This document shows, piece by piece, positions 57,141 to 64,000 of a stretch of DNA of 64,000 bases. Positions within the stretch are counted from its first letter, which is position 1, and every line of letters starts with the position of its first letter. The translations under genes and the position numbers were made by a program. Below the pieces are notes generated by a model. That model had not been told where the DNA came from. It worked only from the letters and a program-made list of their open reading frames with translations, and made no database searches. The DNA comes from an uncultured Pseudomonadales bacterium (GTDB taxonomy: Bacteria; Pseudomonadota; Gammaproteobacteria; Pseudomonadales; JAHEIH01). The stretch spans positions 333,025 to 397,024 of the forward strand of contig CAZRAM010000003.1 of assembly GCA_964598145.1 (NCBI GenBank), read 5' to 3'.

Positions 57141-60100
57141 ATGGCCAGTCAAGCAATCGCAACCGTCGCAGCAGTATTAGGAACCGCCTTCGCCCGTAAT
57201 GAAAACGGCGAAATGCGTGAAATTAAAGCCGGAGATACCATCTACGAGGGTGAGGTGTTAGTAACCCCCGATGGTAGCTCGGTAGAGTTGAGCATGATGG
57301 ACGGTTCTCCCCTCGTGGTTAGTGGCGTTAACGAGACCCTGCTGACTCCCGACGTGGTGGCAGAACTGGCGGCTAACGCGCAAGAAGCGGCAGCCAGTCA
57401 AGACACCTTGGATGAGTTGATCTCGGGCATTCGTGGCCTTGACGGAGGCAGCGAAGAAGAGCAAATCCTGGCCGCCTTGGAAGGCGACGGCAACCTCGAT
57501 GACCTGTTAGAAGAAACTGCAGCCGGCTTGGGCGGCGGTGGCCAAGGCGAAGGCCACTCGTTCGTAATGCTGGATCGCGTGAACGAGCAAGTGGCATTCA
57601 GTGGCGCGGGTTCGACCGATGGCGCGATTGTTGAAGGCGATGCCAGCCAAGAGCAAGACGTTAACCTGCCTCCACAAGTGGCCAATGTGGATCTGGGTGA
57701 AATCGACGAAGACGGCGCTATTACCTTTACTGCACAAGACCTGCTGTTCGGTTCGTTTGACCCCGAGGGTCAGCCCTTGACCGTGAGCAACGTGAGCCTG
57801 ACCAGTGGCAACGGCACCCTAACCGATAACGGCGACGGTACCTTTACCTTTACCCCTGATGCAGACTGGAATGGCGACGTATCGTTTGGTTTCGACGTCA
57901 CCGACGACCTGATCACCGTGCCTAACACCGCAACCCTGACGGTTGCGCCTGTAAACGATGCCCCCGAAGTGGGGCCCATCACCATCGTTGATACCGAAGT
58001 AACCGCCCCCGACGGCGCGGTGATTGTTGGTATTCCCGAAGATGGTTCGTTGATCATTACCGAAGACCAATTAATTGGTGTGACCGATGATATCGACAAC
58101 ACCGATTCAGAGTTAAGCGTGGTAGATATCAGCGTTGATAATGGCACCATTGTTAACAACGGTGACGGCACCTTTACCTTTACTCCCGATCCCGATTTCA
58201 ACGGCGATGTCGTGGTGAGCTTTGAAGTTAGCGATGGTGAATTGTCGGATACCGGTTCAGCCACCTTCACCGTGGTCCCCGTGGTAGACGTGGTCGATGA
58301 CGGCGTACAGATCGAGCAAGATACCCCCGTGATTGTGAACGTGATGGACAACGATACCTTCGAAGGCGAAGGTACCGTGACAGCGGTGGGTACACCCAGC
58401 AATGGTTCGGCGTCGGTAAATGCCGATAATACCGTGACCTACGTGCCCAACCCTGGCTTCATTGGCGAAGATACCTTTACCTACACCGTAACCACCGAAA
58501 CGGGCGATACCGAAACCGCCACCGTAACCGTGACCATCGTGTCTGCGGACAATCCTGCCAACCTTGGCACCGACAGCGGCGAAGTGACCGAGGGCGGCCC
58601 GCTGACCGATAGCGGCACCATTAGCATCGATGATCCCGATGCCGGCGAAAATTTCTTCCAAGTACAAGATGGTACCCAAGGTGATTTCGGTAGCTTTGAG
58701 ATCGACGAAAACGGCAACTGGACCTACACCTTGGACGACACCCTCGACGCGGTACAGTCACTGGGCGAAGGCGATCAACTGACCGAAATCTTCCCCGTGC
58801 AGAGCGTCGATGGCACCGAAACCACCGTGGTGGTGACCATTAACGGCACCAACGACGTGCCCGTGTTTACTCCCGGTAGCAACACCGTTGGCGACGACGC
58901 TGGCACCGTGAAAGAAGAAGAGCCCCTGCAGGCCACTGGTACTGTATCGATCGAAGATACCGATACCAACGAAGACATGTTCCAGCCCCAAGACAACACC
59001 GAGGGCGAATACGGCGACTTCACCATCGATGAAGACGGCAACTGGGTTTACGATCTGAACAACGACGACCCACGTATTCAATCCCTGCCCGAAGGTGAAG
59101 AACTGACCGAAACCTTCCCCGTGACCAGTGTGGATGGCACCGAAACCGAAGTCGTGATCACCATTGTGGGTACCAACGACGTGCCTACCATTACCGGTGA
59201 TACTGGTAGTGTGACCGAAGATACCGTGCTGAGCATCAACGGTACCGTGACCATCGTTGATACCGACGCCGGTGAATCTGAATTTGCACCACAAACAGGC
59301 ACTACCGGTAACCACGGCACATTCACCCTGGCTGCAAATGGCGCGTGGGTATACACCTTGGATAACGATTCAGCCGCCGTCCAAGCGCTGGGCGAAGGCG
59401 ATACCCTGACCGATGAATTCACTGTGATCAGTGCTGATGGCACTGAAAGCGATACCGTGACCATTACTATTAATGGCACCAACGATACACCTAACTTTAC
59501 CGACGGTTCACAAACCCTGGGTGACGATGCAGGTAGCGTTTTTGAAGATGAACCCCTCAGCGCATCAGGTACCGTGAGTATTAGCGATACCGACGAAGGT
59601 GAAGAAGCGTTTGACCCCCAAACTAACACCTCGGGTGACTACGGCGATTTCACCATCGATGCCGATGGTAACTGGACCTACAACCTCGACAATGCCAACG
59701 ACACAGTGCAAGGACTTGGCGAAGGCGAAATTCTGGAAGAAACCTTCCCAGTTATTACCGTAGACGGTACCGAAACCGAAGTGGTGATTACCATTACTGG
59801 CCGCAACGATGGCCCCGTGGTGTCTGTTGAAGATTTGGCCGCTGTAGAAGATGGCGCAGCAATTACCGGCAATGCCGGCTTTACTGATCTGGATGTTAAC
59901 GATACCCACACCTACACCGTAAGCGACATGCCCGCGGGCCAAGGTTCAGTAAGCATTGATGCCGCAACAGGCGAGTACACCTACAACCCTGGTAATGATT
60001 TCCAATACTTGGCCGAAGGTCAAACGACCGATGTTTCATTTGATGTGACAGTGACGGATAGCGAGGGTGCGAGTGATACAAAAACTGTGACTGTGACAGT

Positions 60101-63100
60101 GACGGGAGTTAACGACTCTCCTGAGGTTGAAGGAACGATTTCAGATCAAAATCTGGCTGAAGACTTCACGTCCTACACTATTGATCTGAATGCAGCATTT
60201 AAAGACAACGATAACACAGATGGTGAGCTGACCTTTGGAGTTAGTGGTAACTCAAACGTTGGCGTGAGTATCGTTGGTGGTATTGCCACGATTAGCCAAG
60301 CGACAGCTGACTGGAATGGCGTTGAGAATCTTACCTTTACAGCGACTGACCCCGATGGTTTAAGTGCAAGCCAGGATGTGACCTTTATTGTAAGTCCTGT
60401 GGTGGATATTGCTGATGACACAGGTAATGTTGTTGAGGATACCGCGACGATTATCAATGTGTTGGGTAACGATGCTTTTGAGAACAGCAATGCGGCTGTC
60501 ACTTCAGTAGGCAATGCCACTGGCGGTACCGTGGCATTAGAAAATGGTGTGGTGACTTTCACACCAACACCCAACTACAACGGTGCGGCTGGTTTTGATT
60601 ACACCGTGACTTCTGGCGGTGTAACCGAAAATGCAACTGTTGCACTTACCGTCACCCCAGTGAATGATCCAGCATCCTTGGCCATGAATGCTCCCGAATC
60701 ATTTACAGAAGGTTCTGCGTCAGCGGGTGACTTGGTAACTACTGTGGCATCGGTATCAGATCCTGATGGCGATGGTACTTTCACGTACGCCATTAGTGAT
60801 AATACTAACTATACGATTGCGGCGGATGGCACCGTAAGGTTAACGGCAGATGGTGCGGCGCTGGCGAATGCGGATGCTGGTCCAGAGCTACCTGCCTTTA
60901 CTGTGACCGCGACATCGGGTGGAGACTTCTCATCTGTAGCGACATCGGCCAGTATTGATCCTTCAGTGACCCCAGTGAATGATCCAGCATCCTTGACCAT
61001 GAATGCTCCCGAATCATTTACAGAAGGTTCTGCGTCAGCGGGTGACTTGGTAACTACTGTGGCATCGGTATCAGATCCTGATGGCGATGGTACTTTCACG
61101 TACGCCATTAGTGATAATACTAACTATACGATTGCGGCGGATGGCACCGTAAGGTTAACGGCAGATGGTGCGGCGCTGGCGAATGCGGATGCTGGTCCAG
61201 AGCTACCTGCCTTTACTGTGACCGCGACATCGGGTGGAGACTTCTCATCTGTAGCGACATCGGCCAGTATTGATCCTTCAGTGACCCCAGTGAATGATGC
61301 TCCAACATTAATTGTTACCCTCGAAAATGACTTTATCGAAGATGACATTAGTAATGCTATTGGTAGTATTGTTGCTACCTTTACAGTCTCAGACCCTGAA
61401 AACGATACAGTAACAGTAGTACTTAGTGATACCACGAATTACGCACTTTCAGGCAATAACGTTGTATTAACTAGTGCCGGTTTGGTACTAGTTAATAGTG
61501 GCCAGGATTTGCCAGCATTTACTTTGACGCCAAATGATGGACAAGTAGATGGATCTTCAGTAAGCGTTGATCCATCAGTTGATTCTCATCCTGTTGATGA
61601 ATCAAGTTCTCAATCAATATCAATTACTAATGTTTCAGGCTCTACAATTCAAGATGATCTGTTTTATACAGGTCTTGATGGGTTTGGTGGGGTTATGTTG
61701 ATTGAAAACTTTGGTGAAAATGTTGAATTAACCTCATCAACTGGCGTACCACTTGTTTACTCTGAAAACTTTGATGAAGAGTCTGGTATTTATACATATT
61801 CCGCTACTGCTAATGGTGATCCTGTATTCACAATAACAGTAGATACCAATAATACGGACATTAATTATACCTTTGAAATGTTTGACTCAATAAAGCTTCA
61901 GACATCATATACTTTCGATGCAGACTTCCTGTCACAAGGTGGCAAAGACGAGTACTACTTCTTAACAAATGACGGAAGTCTCTCGAAAGGTTCAGTTGAT
62001 ACTGATGCCCCTGAAAATACTTCAGTTACTATTTCAGCCATAGATGCAGATGGAAATCAAATTGATGTGAATGCAAATGCTACTGTTGTGGGTGCAGGTT
62101 CTGGCTTAACAGTGGGACCGGATGAATGGATTGTACTTACTTATGATCCAGAGAATTTTCAGTCAGCAGTTGAAGTTGTAATAGCAGAAGATGCTAACGG
62201 AACAATCCCTGATAATGACTTTTGGTATCATCTAAAAGTCACCGGTTTTGACTCTAATGGCACGGAAATCGTTTATGAAGCCTTGGTTGATCAGGGCGAT
62301 GCAAGTACAGGGCCTCAATTAGATTCTGATGGTACTTTATTACTCGTAGCGTCATCATTGACGGGTGATCAGTTGGATGCTTCTGGGAATCCTATAGCTA
62401 CAGACTTATCTTTTGTAAATATTTCCAAAGTTGAGTTGTCTGGCTTAGATAATGGTTTAACAGGAAGTGGAAAAAATGATTCTCTAGTAATCACATCTAT
62501 CTCAAACAATGTCACTGAATCAATTGATGACTTGGATTTGAACTTTAGCTTTACAGGTACGGATGATTCTGGTGACTCAGTTTCAAATCAAATAAGCATC
62601 AATGTCACTGATGGAATAACTCCATCAAGTTATGATGGCACTGGTGATTTGGTTCAGGGTGGTTCTACAGATGATGTTCTTACACCTGTTAATTTGACAA
62701 ATTTAGATGGTGGTAATGCAGTATTTGGTTATGAAGGAAATGATACAATCGATGGCGGATTAAATGATGATGTTTTGACTGGAGGATTGGGAGAAGATGT
62801 CTTTGCCTGGTCATTAGCTGACCCAAATTCAAATGATGTTATTACAGATTTTGAAATTACTGATACAGATAGTTCAGGCGATATTTCTGCAGCAGAGATC
62901 CTTGATACTAATACAACAGTTGACGCCATCGACCTAAGTGACCTGTTGGTTGACGAAGAATCTAACCCAATCACGGATTATTTGAGTGTTACTTATGATG
63001 GCACCAATACCATTATCAATGTAACCCCTGATGGTTCGGGTGGAACAACTTCGCAGATTATTACAGTTGAAGGTGTTGATTTAACCGGAGGTCTTGATGA

Positions 63101-63167
63101 GGCTACTCAACAATCAACCATTATCCAAAATCTGATAGATGGTGGTAAGCTTGTTCTCGACCAGTAA
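57141..63167 (+). CDS. Giant LapA-like type I-secreted repeat adhesin (retention module, cadherin/Ig-like and VCBS repeats, RTX, C-terminal T1SS target domain)
   Basis: - 2008 aa, with SD GAAGGA upstream.
- The N-terminus MASQAIATVAAVLGTAFARNENGEMREIKAGDTIYEGEVLVTPDGSSVELSMMDGSPLVV resembles the LapA-type retention module.
- The motif TAAG..GGGGQGEGHSFVMLDRV follows.
- The body has repeated PVNDAP-bounded roughly 100-aa domains and five VCBS units.
- RTX nonamers are GYEGNDTIDGGLNDDVLTGGLGEDVFA.
- The C-terminus DVFAWSLAD..DVITDF..DAIDLSDLL resembles the VC_A0849-subclass secretion domain. Confidence 0.9.
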   Translation: MASQAIATVAAVLGTAFARNENGEMREIKAGDTIYEGEVLVTPDGSSVELSMMDGSPLVVSGVNETLLTPDVVAELAANAQEAAASQDTLDELISGIRGLDGGSEEEQILAALEGDGNLDDLLEETAAGLGGGGQGEGHSFVMLDRVNEQVAFSGAGSTDGAIVEGDASQEQDVNLPPQVANVDLGEIDEDGAITFTAQDLLFGSFDPEGQPLTVSNVSLTSGNGTLTDNGDGTFTFTPDADWNGDVSFGFDVTDDLITVPNTATLTVAPVNDAPEVGPITIVDTEVTAPDGAVIVGIPEDGSLIITEDQLIGVTDDIDNTDSELSVVDISVDNGTIVNNGDGTFTFTPDPDFNGDVVVSFEVSDGELSDTGSATFTVVPVVDVVDDGVQIEQDTPVIVNVMDNDTFEGEGTVTAVGTPSNGSASVNADNTVTYVPNPGFIGEDTFTYTVTTETGDTETATVTVTIVSADNPANLGTDSGEVTEGGPLTDSGTISIDDPDAGENFFQVQDGTQGDFGSFEIDENGNWTYTLDDTLDAVQSLGEGDQLTEIFPVQSVDGTETTVVVTINGTNDVPVFTPGSNTVGDDAGTVKEEEPLQATGTVSIEDTDTNEDMFQPQDNTEGEYGDFTIDEDGNWVYDLNNDDPRIQSLPEGEELTETFPVTSVDGTETEVVITIVGTNDVPTITGDTGSVTEDTVLSINGTVTIVDTDAGESEFAPQTGTTGNHGTFTLAANGAWVYTLDNDSAAVQALGEGDTLTDEFTVISADGTESDTVTITINGTNDTPNFTDGSQTLGDDAGSVFEDEPLSASGTVSISDTDEGEEAFDPQTNTSGDYGDFTIDADGNWTYNLDNANDTVQGLGEGEILEETFPVITVDGTETEVVITITGRNDGPVVSVEDLAAVEDGAAITGNAGFTDLDVNDTHTYTVSDMPAGQGSVSIDAATGEYTYNPGNDFQYLAEGQTTDVSFDVTVTDSEGASDTKTVTVTVTGVNDSPEVEGTISDQNLAEDFTSYTIDLNAAFKDNDNTDGELTFGVSGNSNVGVSIVGGIATISQATADWNGVENLTFTATDPDGLSASQDVTFIVSPVVDIADDTGNVVEDTATIINVLGNDAFENSNAAVTSVGNATGGTVALENGVVTFTPTPNYNGAAGFDYTVTSGGVTENATVALTVTPVNDPASLAMNAPESFTEGSASAGDLVTTVASVSDPDGDGTFTYAISDNTNYTIAADGTVRLTADGAALANADAGPELPAFTVTATSGGDFSSVATSASIDPSVTPVNDPASLTMNAPESFTEGSASAGDLVTTVASVSDPDGDGTFTYAISDNTNYTIAADGTVRLTADGAALANADAGPELPAFTVTATSGGDFSSVATSASIDPSVTPVNDAPTLIVTLENDFIEDDISNAIGSIVATFTVSDPENDTVTVVLSDTTNYALSGNNVVLTSAGLVLVNSGQDLPAFTLTPNDGQVDGSSVSVDPSVDSHPVDESSSQSISITNVSGSTIQDDLFYTGLDGFGGVMLIENFGENVELTSSTGVPLVYSENFDEESGIYTYSATANGDPVFTITVDTNNTDINYTFEMFDSIKLQTSYTFDADFLSQGGKDEYYFLTNDGSLSKGSVDTDAPENTSVTISAIDADGNQIDVNANATVVGAGSGLTVGPDEWIVLTYDPENFQSAVEVVIAEDANGTIPDNDFWYHLKVTGFDSNGTEIVYEALVDQGDASTGPQLDSDGTLLLVASSLTGDQLDASGNPIATDLSFVNISKVELSGLDNGLTGSGKNDSLVITSISNNVTESIDDLDLNFSFTGTDDSGDSVSNQISINVTDGITPSSYDGTGDLVQGGSTDDVLTPVNLTNLDGGNAVFGYEGNDTIDGGLNDDVLTGGLGEDVFAWSLADPNSNDVITDFEITDTDSSGDISAAEILDTNTTVDAIDLSDLLVDEESNPITDYLSVTYDGTNTIINVTPDGSGGTTSQIITVEGVDLTGGLDEATQQSTIIQNLIDGGKLVLDQ
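57516..57527 (+). other. Candidate LapG-type (BTLCP protease) dialanine processing site T-A-A-G
   Basis: Codons ACT GCA GCC GGC encode T126-A127-A128-G129, followed by the Gly-rich GLGGGGQGEGHSF. The context is as in characterised LapA-like substrates (established consensus [T/A/P]-A-A-[G/V]). Confidence 0.6.
58542..60122 (+). repeat. Five tandem VCBS-type repeat units (about 105 aa each), diverged
   Basis: The recurring pattern is G(D/S)F(T/E)IDxxGNW(T/V)Y(T/D/N)LDNxxxxVQxLGEGxxLTExFPVxSVDGTExxVVITIxGTND(V/T/G)P. The fifth unit is more divergent and ends in VTGVNDSP. Confidence 0.8.
60654..61298 (+). repeat. Near-identical 315-bp tandem duplication (2 copies) inside the adhesin gene
   Basis: By direct comparison, 60657-60971 and 60972-61286 are identical except G60681 versus A60996 (Ala to Thr). 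Each copy encodes one 105-aa PVNDPASL...IDPSVT domain. The ORF track shows the same duplication on the opposite strand (MAYVKVPSPSGSDTDATVVTK... twice). Confidence 0.95.
62727..62807 (+). repeat. RTX calcium-binding nonapeptide repeats (3 units)
   Basis: GYEGNDTID GGLNDDVLT GGLGEDVFA fits GGxGxDxUx. Confidence 0.8.
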
Positions 63168-63179
63168 GTAAGGATTTAT

Positions 63180-63521
63180 ATGCCCTACATCAAACGCAAC
63201 ACCGCCGGCCAAATCTCGGCGGTCTCTGAAGAAGCCCTCCCAGGCTTCTTGGAGGCTACCGATAAAGACGCCGACGACATCGCTGCCTTTGGGGTGGAAT
63301 TGATCGGTTCGGATGAAGCCGAACTGATCAAGACTGACCTTGAGTTCGTGCGGGTATTGGAAGACGTGATTGAGTTGTTGATGGCGAAGAACGTGATTCA
63401 ATTCACGGAATTGCCGGATGCCTCGCAGGCGAAAATGCTGAAACGTAAGAAGTTGCGTGATGGCATTACCAGTAAGCTGGATTTGTTGGATGAGGAAAGT
63501 TTGTTCTTTGGGCGTGATTAA
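63180..63521 (+). CDS. Small acidic hypothetical protein
   Basis: 113 aa, starting 12 nt after the adhesin stop. MPYIKRNTAGQISAVSEEALPGFLEATDKDADD...DLEFVRVLEDVIELLMAKNVIQFTELPDASQAKMLKRKKLR. GC-rich like the core genome and followed by a terminator. Confidence 0.6.
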   Translation: MPYIKRNTAGQISAVSEEALPGFLEATDKDADDIAAFGVELIGSDEAELIKTDLEFVRVLEDVIELLMAKNVIQFTELPDASQAKMLKRKKLRDGITSKLDLLDEESLFFGRD

Positions 63522-63540
63522 TTGATCCACTAAGATGATA

Positions 63541-63577
63541 AAGGCGATGAGCTTAAAGGTTTATCGCCTTTTTTATT
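63541..63577 (+). terminator. Rho-independent terminator after the small acidic ORF
   Basis: AAGGCGAT-N14-ATCGCCTT stem at 63541-63570, followed by TTTTATT. Confidence 0.7.
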
Positions 63578-63836
63578 GCCCGTAATGGGTTTTAGCCCTG
63601 ATGACGACAACAACACAGCGGTCGTCTTCGATTCGATACACAATACGATCTTGAAAGCTCAAGCGTACCGAGTAGTACCCCTTTAATTTTCCGATAAGTG
63701 GTTTGCCCTCATAGGGGGCGACAGCTATTTTGTGTCGCAGTATTTCTTTAAGTTTGTTTTTGAGTTTATCGGATAGCTTAGTTATATCTTTTTGCGCTTG
63801 CTTGGTAAGTTCTATCTTGTATCGGTAATCGCTCAC
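63573..63836 (-). CDS. Type II toxin-antitoxin system toxin, RelE/StbE/YoeB superfamily
   Basis: 87 aa, GTG start. The sequence KIELTKQAQKDITKL...YEGKPLIGKLKGYYSVRLSFQDRIVYRIEDDRCVVVVIRAKTHY is typical of RelE-fold mRNA interferases. Its start overlaps the antitoxin stop (GTGA). Confidence 0.8.
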   Translation of the reverse strand: MSDYRYKIELTKQAQKDITKLSDKLKNKLKEILRHKIAVAPYEGKPLIGKLKGYYSVRLSFQDRIVYRIEDDRCVVVVIRAKTHYGQ

Positions 63837-64000
63837 AGCGGCTCACCAAAAACATCTTCGAAACTATCTGTGTCACCTTTGTCGGCTTCTTTTGTCGATT
63901 GCTCAAAAGTCTTATTGAAATCAGGTTGCGACAGAATGTGTAGTGTTTCTATCAGACTGTCGTAATCTTCTGCCGACATGATCATCGCTTTGCCAGATTT
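63833..64000 (-). CDS. Phd/YefM-family antitoxin, C-terminal part (5-prime end outside window)
   Basis: The minus-strand frame reads KSGKAMIMSAEDYDSLIETLHILSQPDFNKTFEQSTKEADKGDTDSFEDVFGEPL, stop TGA at 63835-63833. The SAEDYDSLxETLxIL block is typical of Phd/YefM. Confidence 0.75.
   Translation of the reverse strand, partial: KSGKAMIMSAEDYDSLIETLHILSQPDFNKTFEQSTKEADKGDTDSFEDVFGEPL

Noticed and set aside
60654-61298. The two near-identical 315-bp copies as a diversity-generating retroelement template/variable repeat pair.
   Set aside because: There is only one difference (G versus A) and no adenine-specific mutation pattern. No reverse transcriptase or accessory gene lies nearby, and the copies are directly tandem and in frame. 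This is a simple duplication.
57258-62974. A series of minus-strand ORFs inside the adhesin gene, several repeated (MAYVKVPSPSGSDTDATVVTK...).
   Set aside because: These are an artefact of the repetitive, stop-poor Thr/Asp/Gly/Val codon composition of the plus-strand gene. Their repetition simply mirrors the 315-bp duplication.
1-64000. Scan for CRISPR arrays, tRNA/rRNA genes, IS elements, integrases, prophage genes and retron or reverse-transcriptase genes.
   Set aside because: I found no regularly spaced short direct repeats, no cloverleaf-capable conserved tRNA sequences in the intergenic gaps, and no transposase-, integrase- or RT-like ORFs in the six-frame track.

Overview
Chromosomal window from a gammaproteobacterium of roughly 55% GC. 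Gene order resembles Pseudomonas or Cellvibrionales, but the taxon is inference only. It holds about 58 densely packed protein genes. I saw no rRNA, tRNA, CRISPR array, transposase or integrase.

Conserved core, about two thirds of the window:
- rpiA, ilvA and the 5-formyl-THF cyclo-ligase gene.
- A 6S RNA gene (ssrS) found by eye between that gene and zapA; it is not in the ORF track.
- ygfB, pepP, ubiH, hemW, rdgB, metX-metW, yggT-proC-yggS, pilT-pilU, ruvX, yqgE, a tonB3-like gene and gshB.
- A complete PilG/H/I/J/K-ChpA-CheW twitching chemosensory operon with no ChpB.
- rsmE, a sahR-metK-ahcY-metF methyl-cycle operon, tkt-epd-pgk-fba, and serA.

Less understood or accessory parts:
1. Two overlapping atypical LuxR-HTH genes sit directly behind the Chp operon.
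2. A two-Cys lipoprotein gene is coupled to a TPR/2OG-oxygenase gene. That gene converges, with overlapping stop codons, on a TPR/sulfotransferase gene next to a TonB-dependent receptor. I flag this as a candidate hydroxylate-then-sulfate tailoring pair.
3. A type I secretion locus encodes an ABC exporter with a C39-like domain, a HlyD adaptor and an embedded pseudo-receiver LuxR regulator.
   - It is followed by a 2008-aa LapA-like adhesin gene with an N-terminal retention module and a TAAG LapG-type site.
   - The adhesin also has five VCBS units, a near-perfect 315-bp tandem duplication, RTX repeats and a strongly AT-shifted 3-prime third.
   - No lapG, lapD or outer-membrane component lies in the window.
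4. A RelE-family/Phd toxin-antitoxin pair is cut by the right edge.

All family assignments come from reading motifs in the translations. No database search was run.
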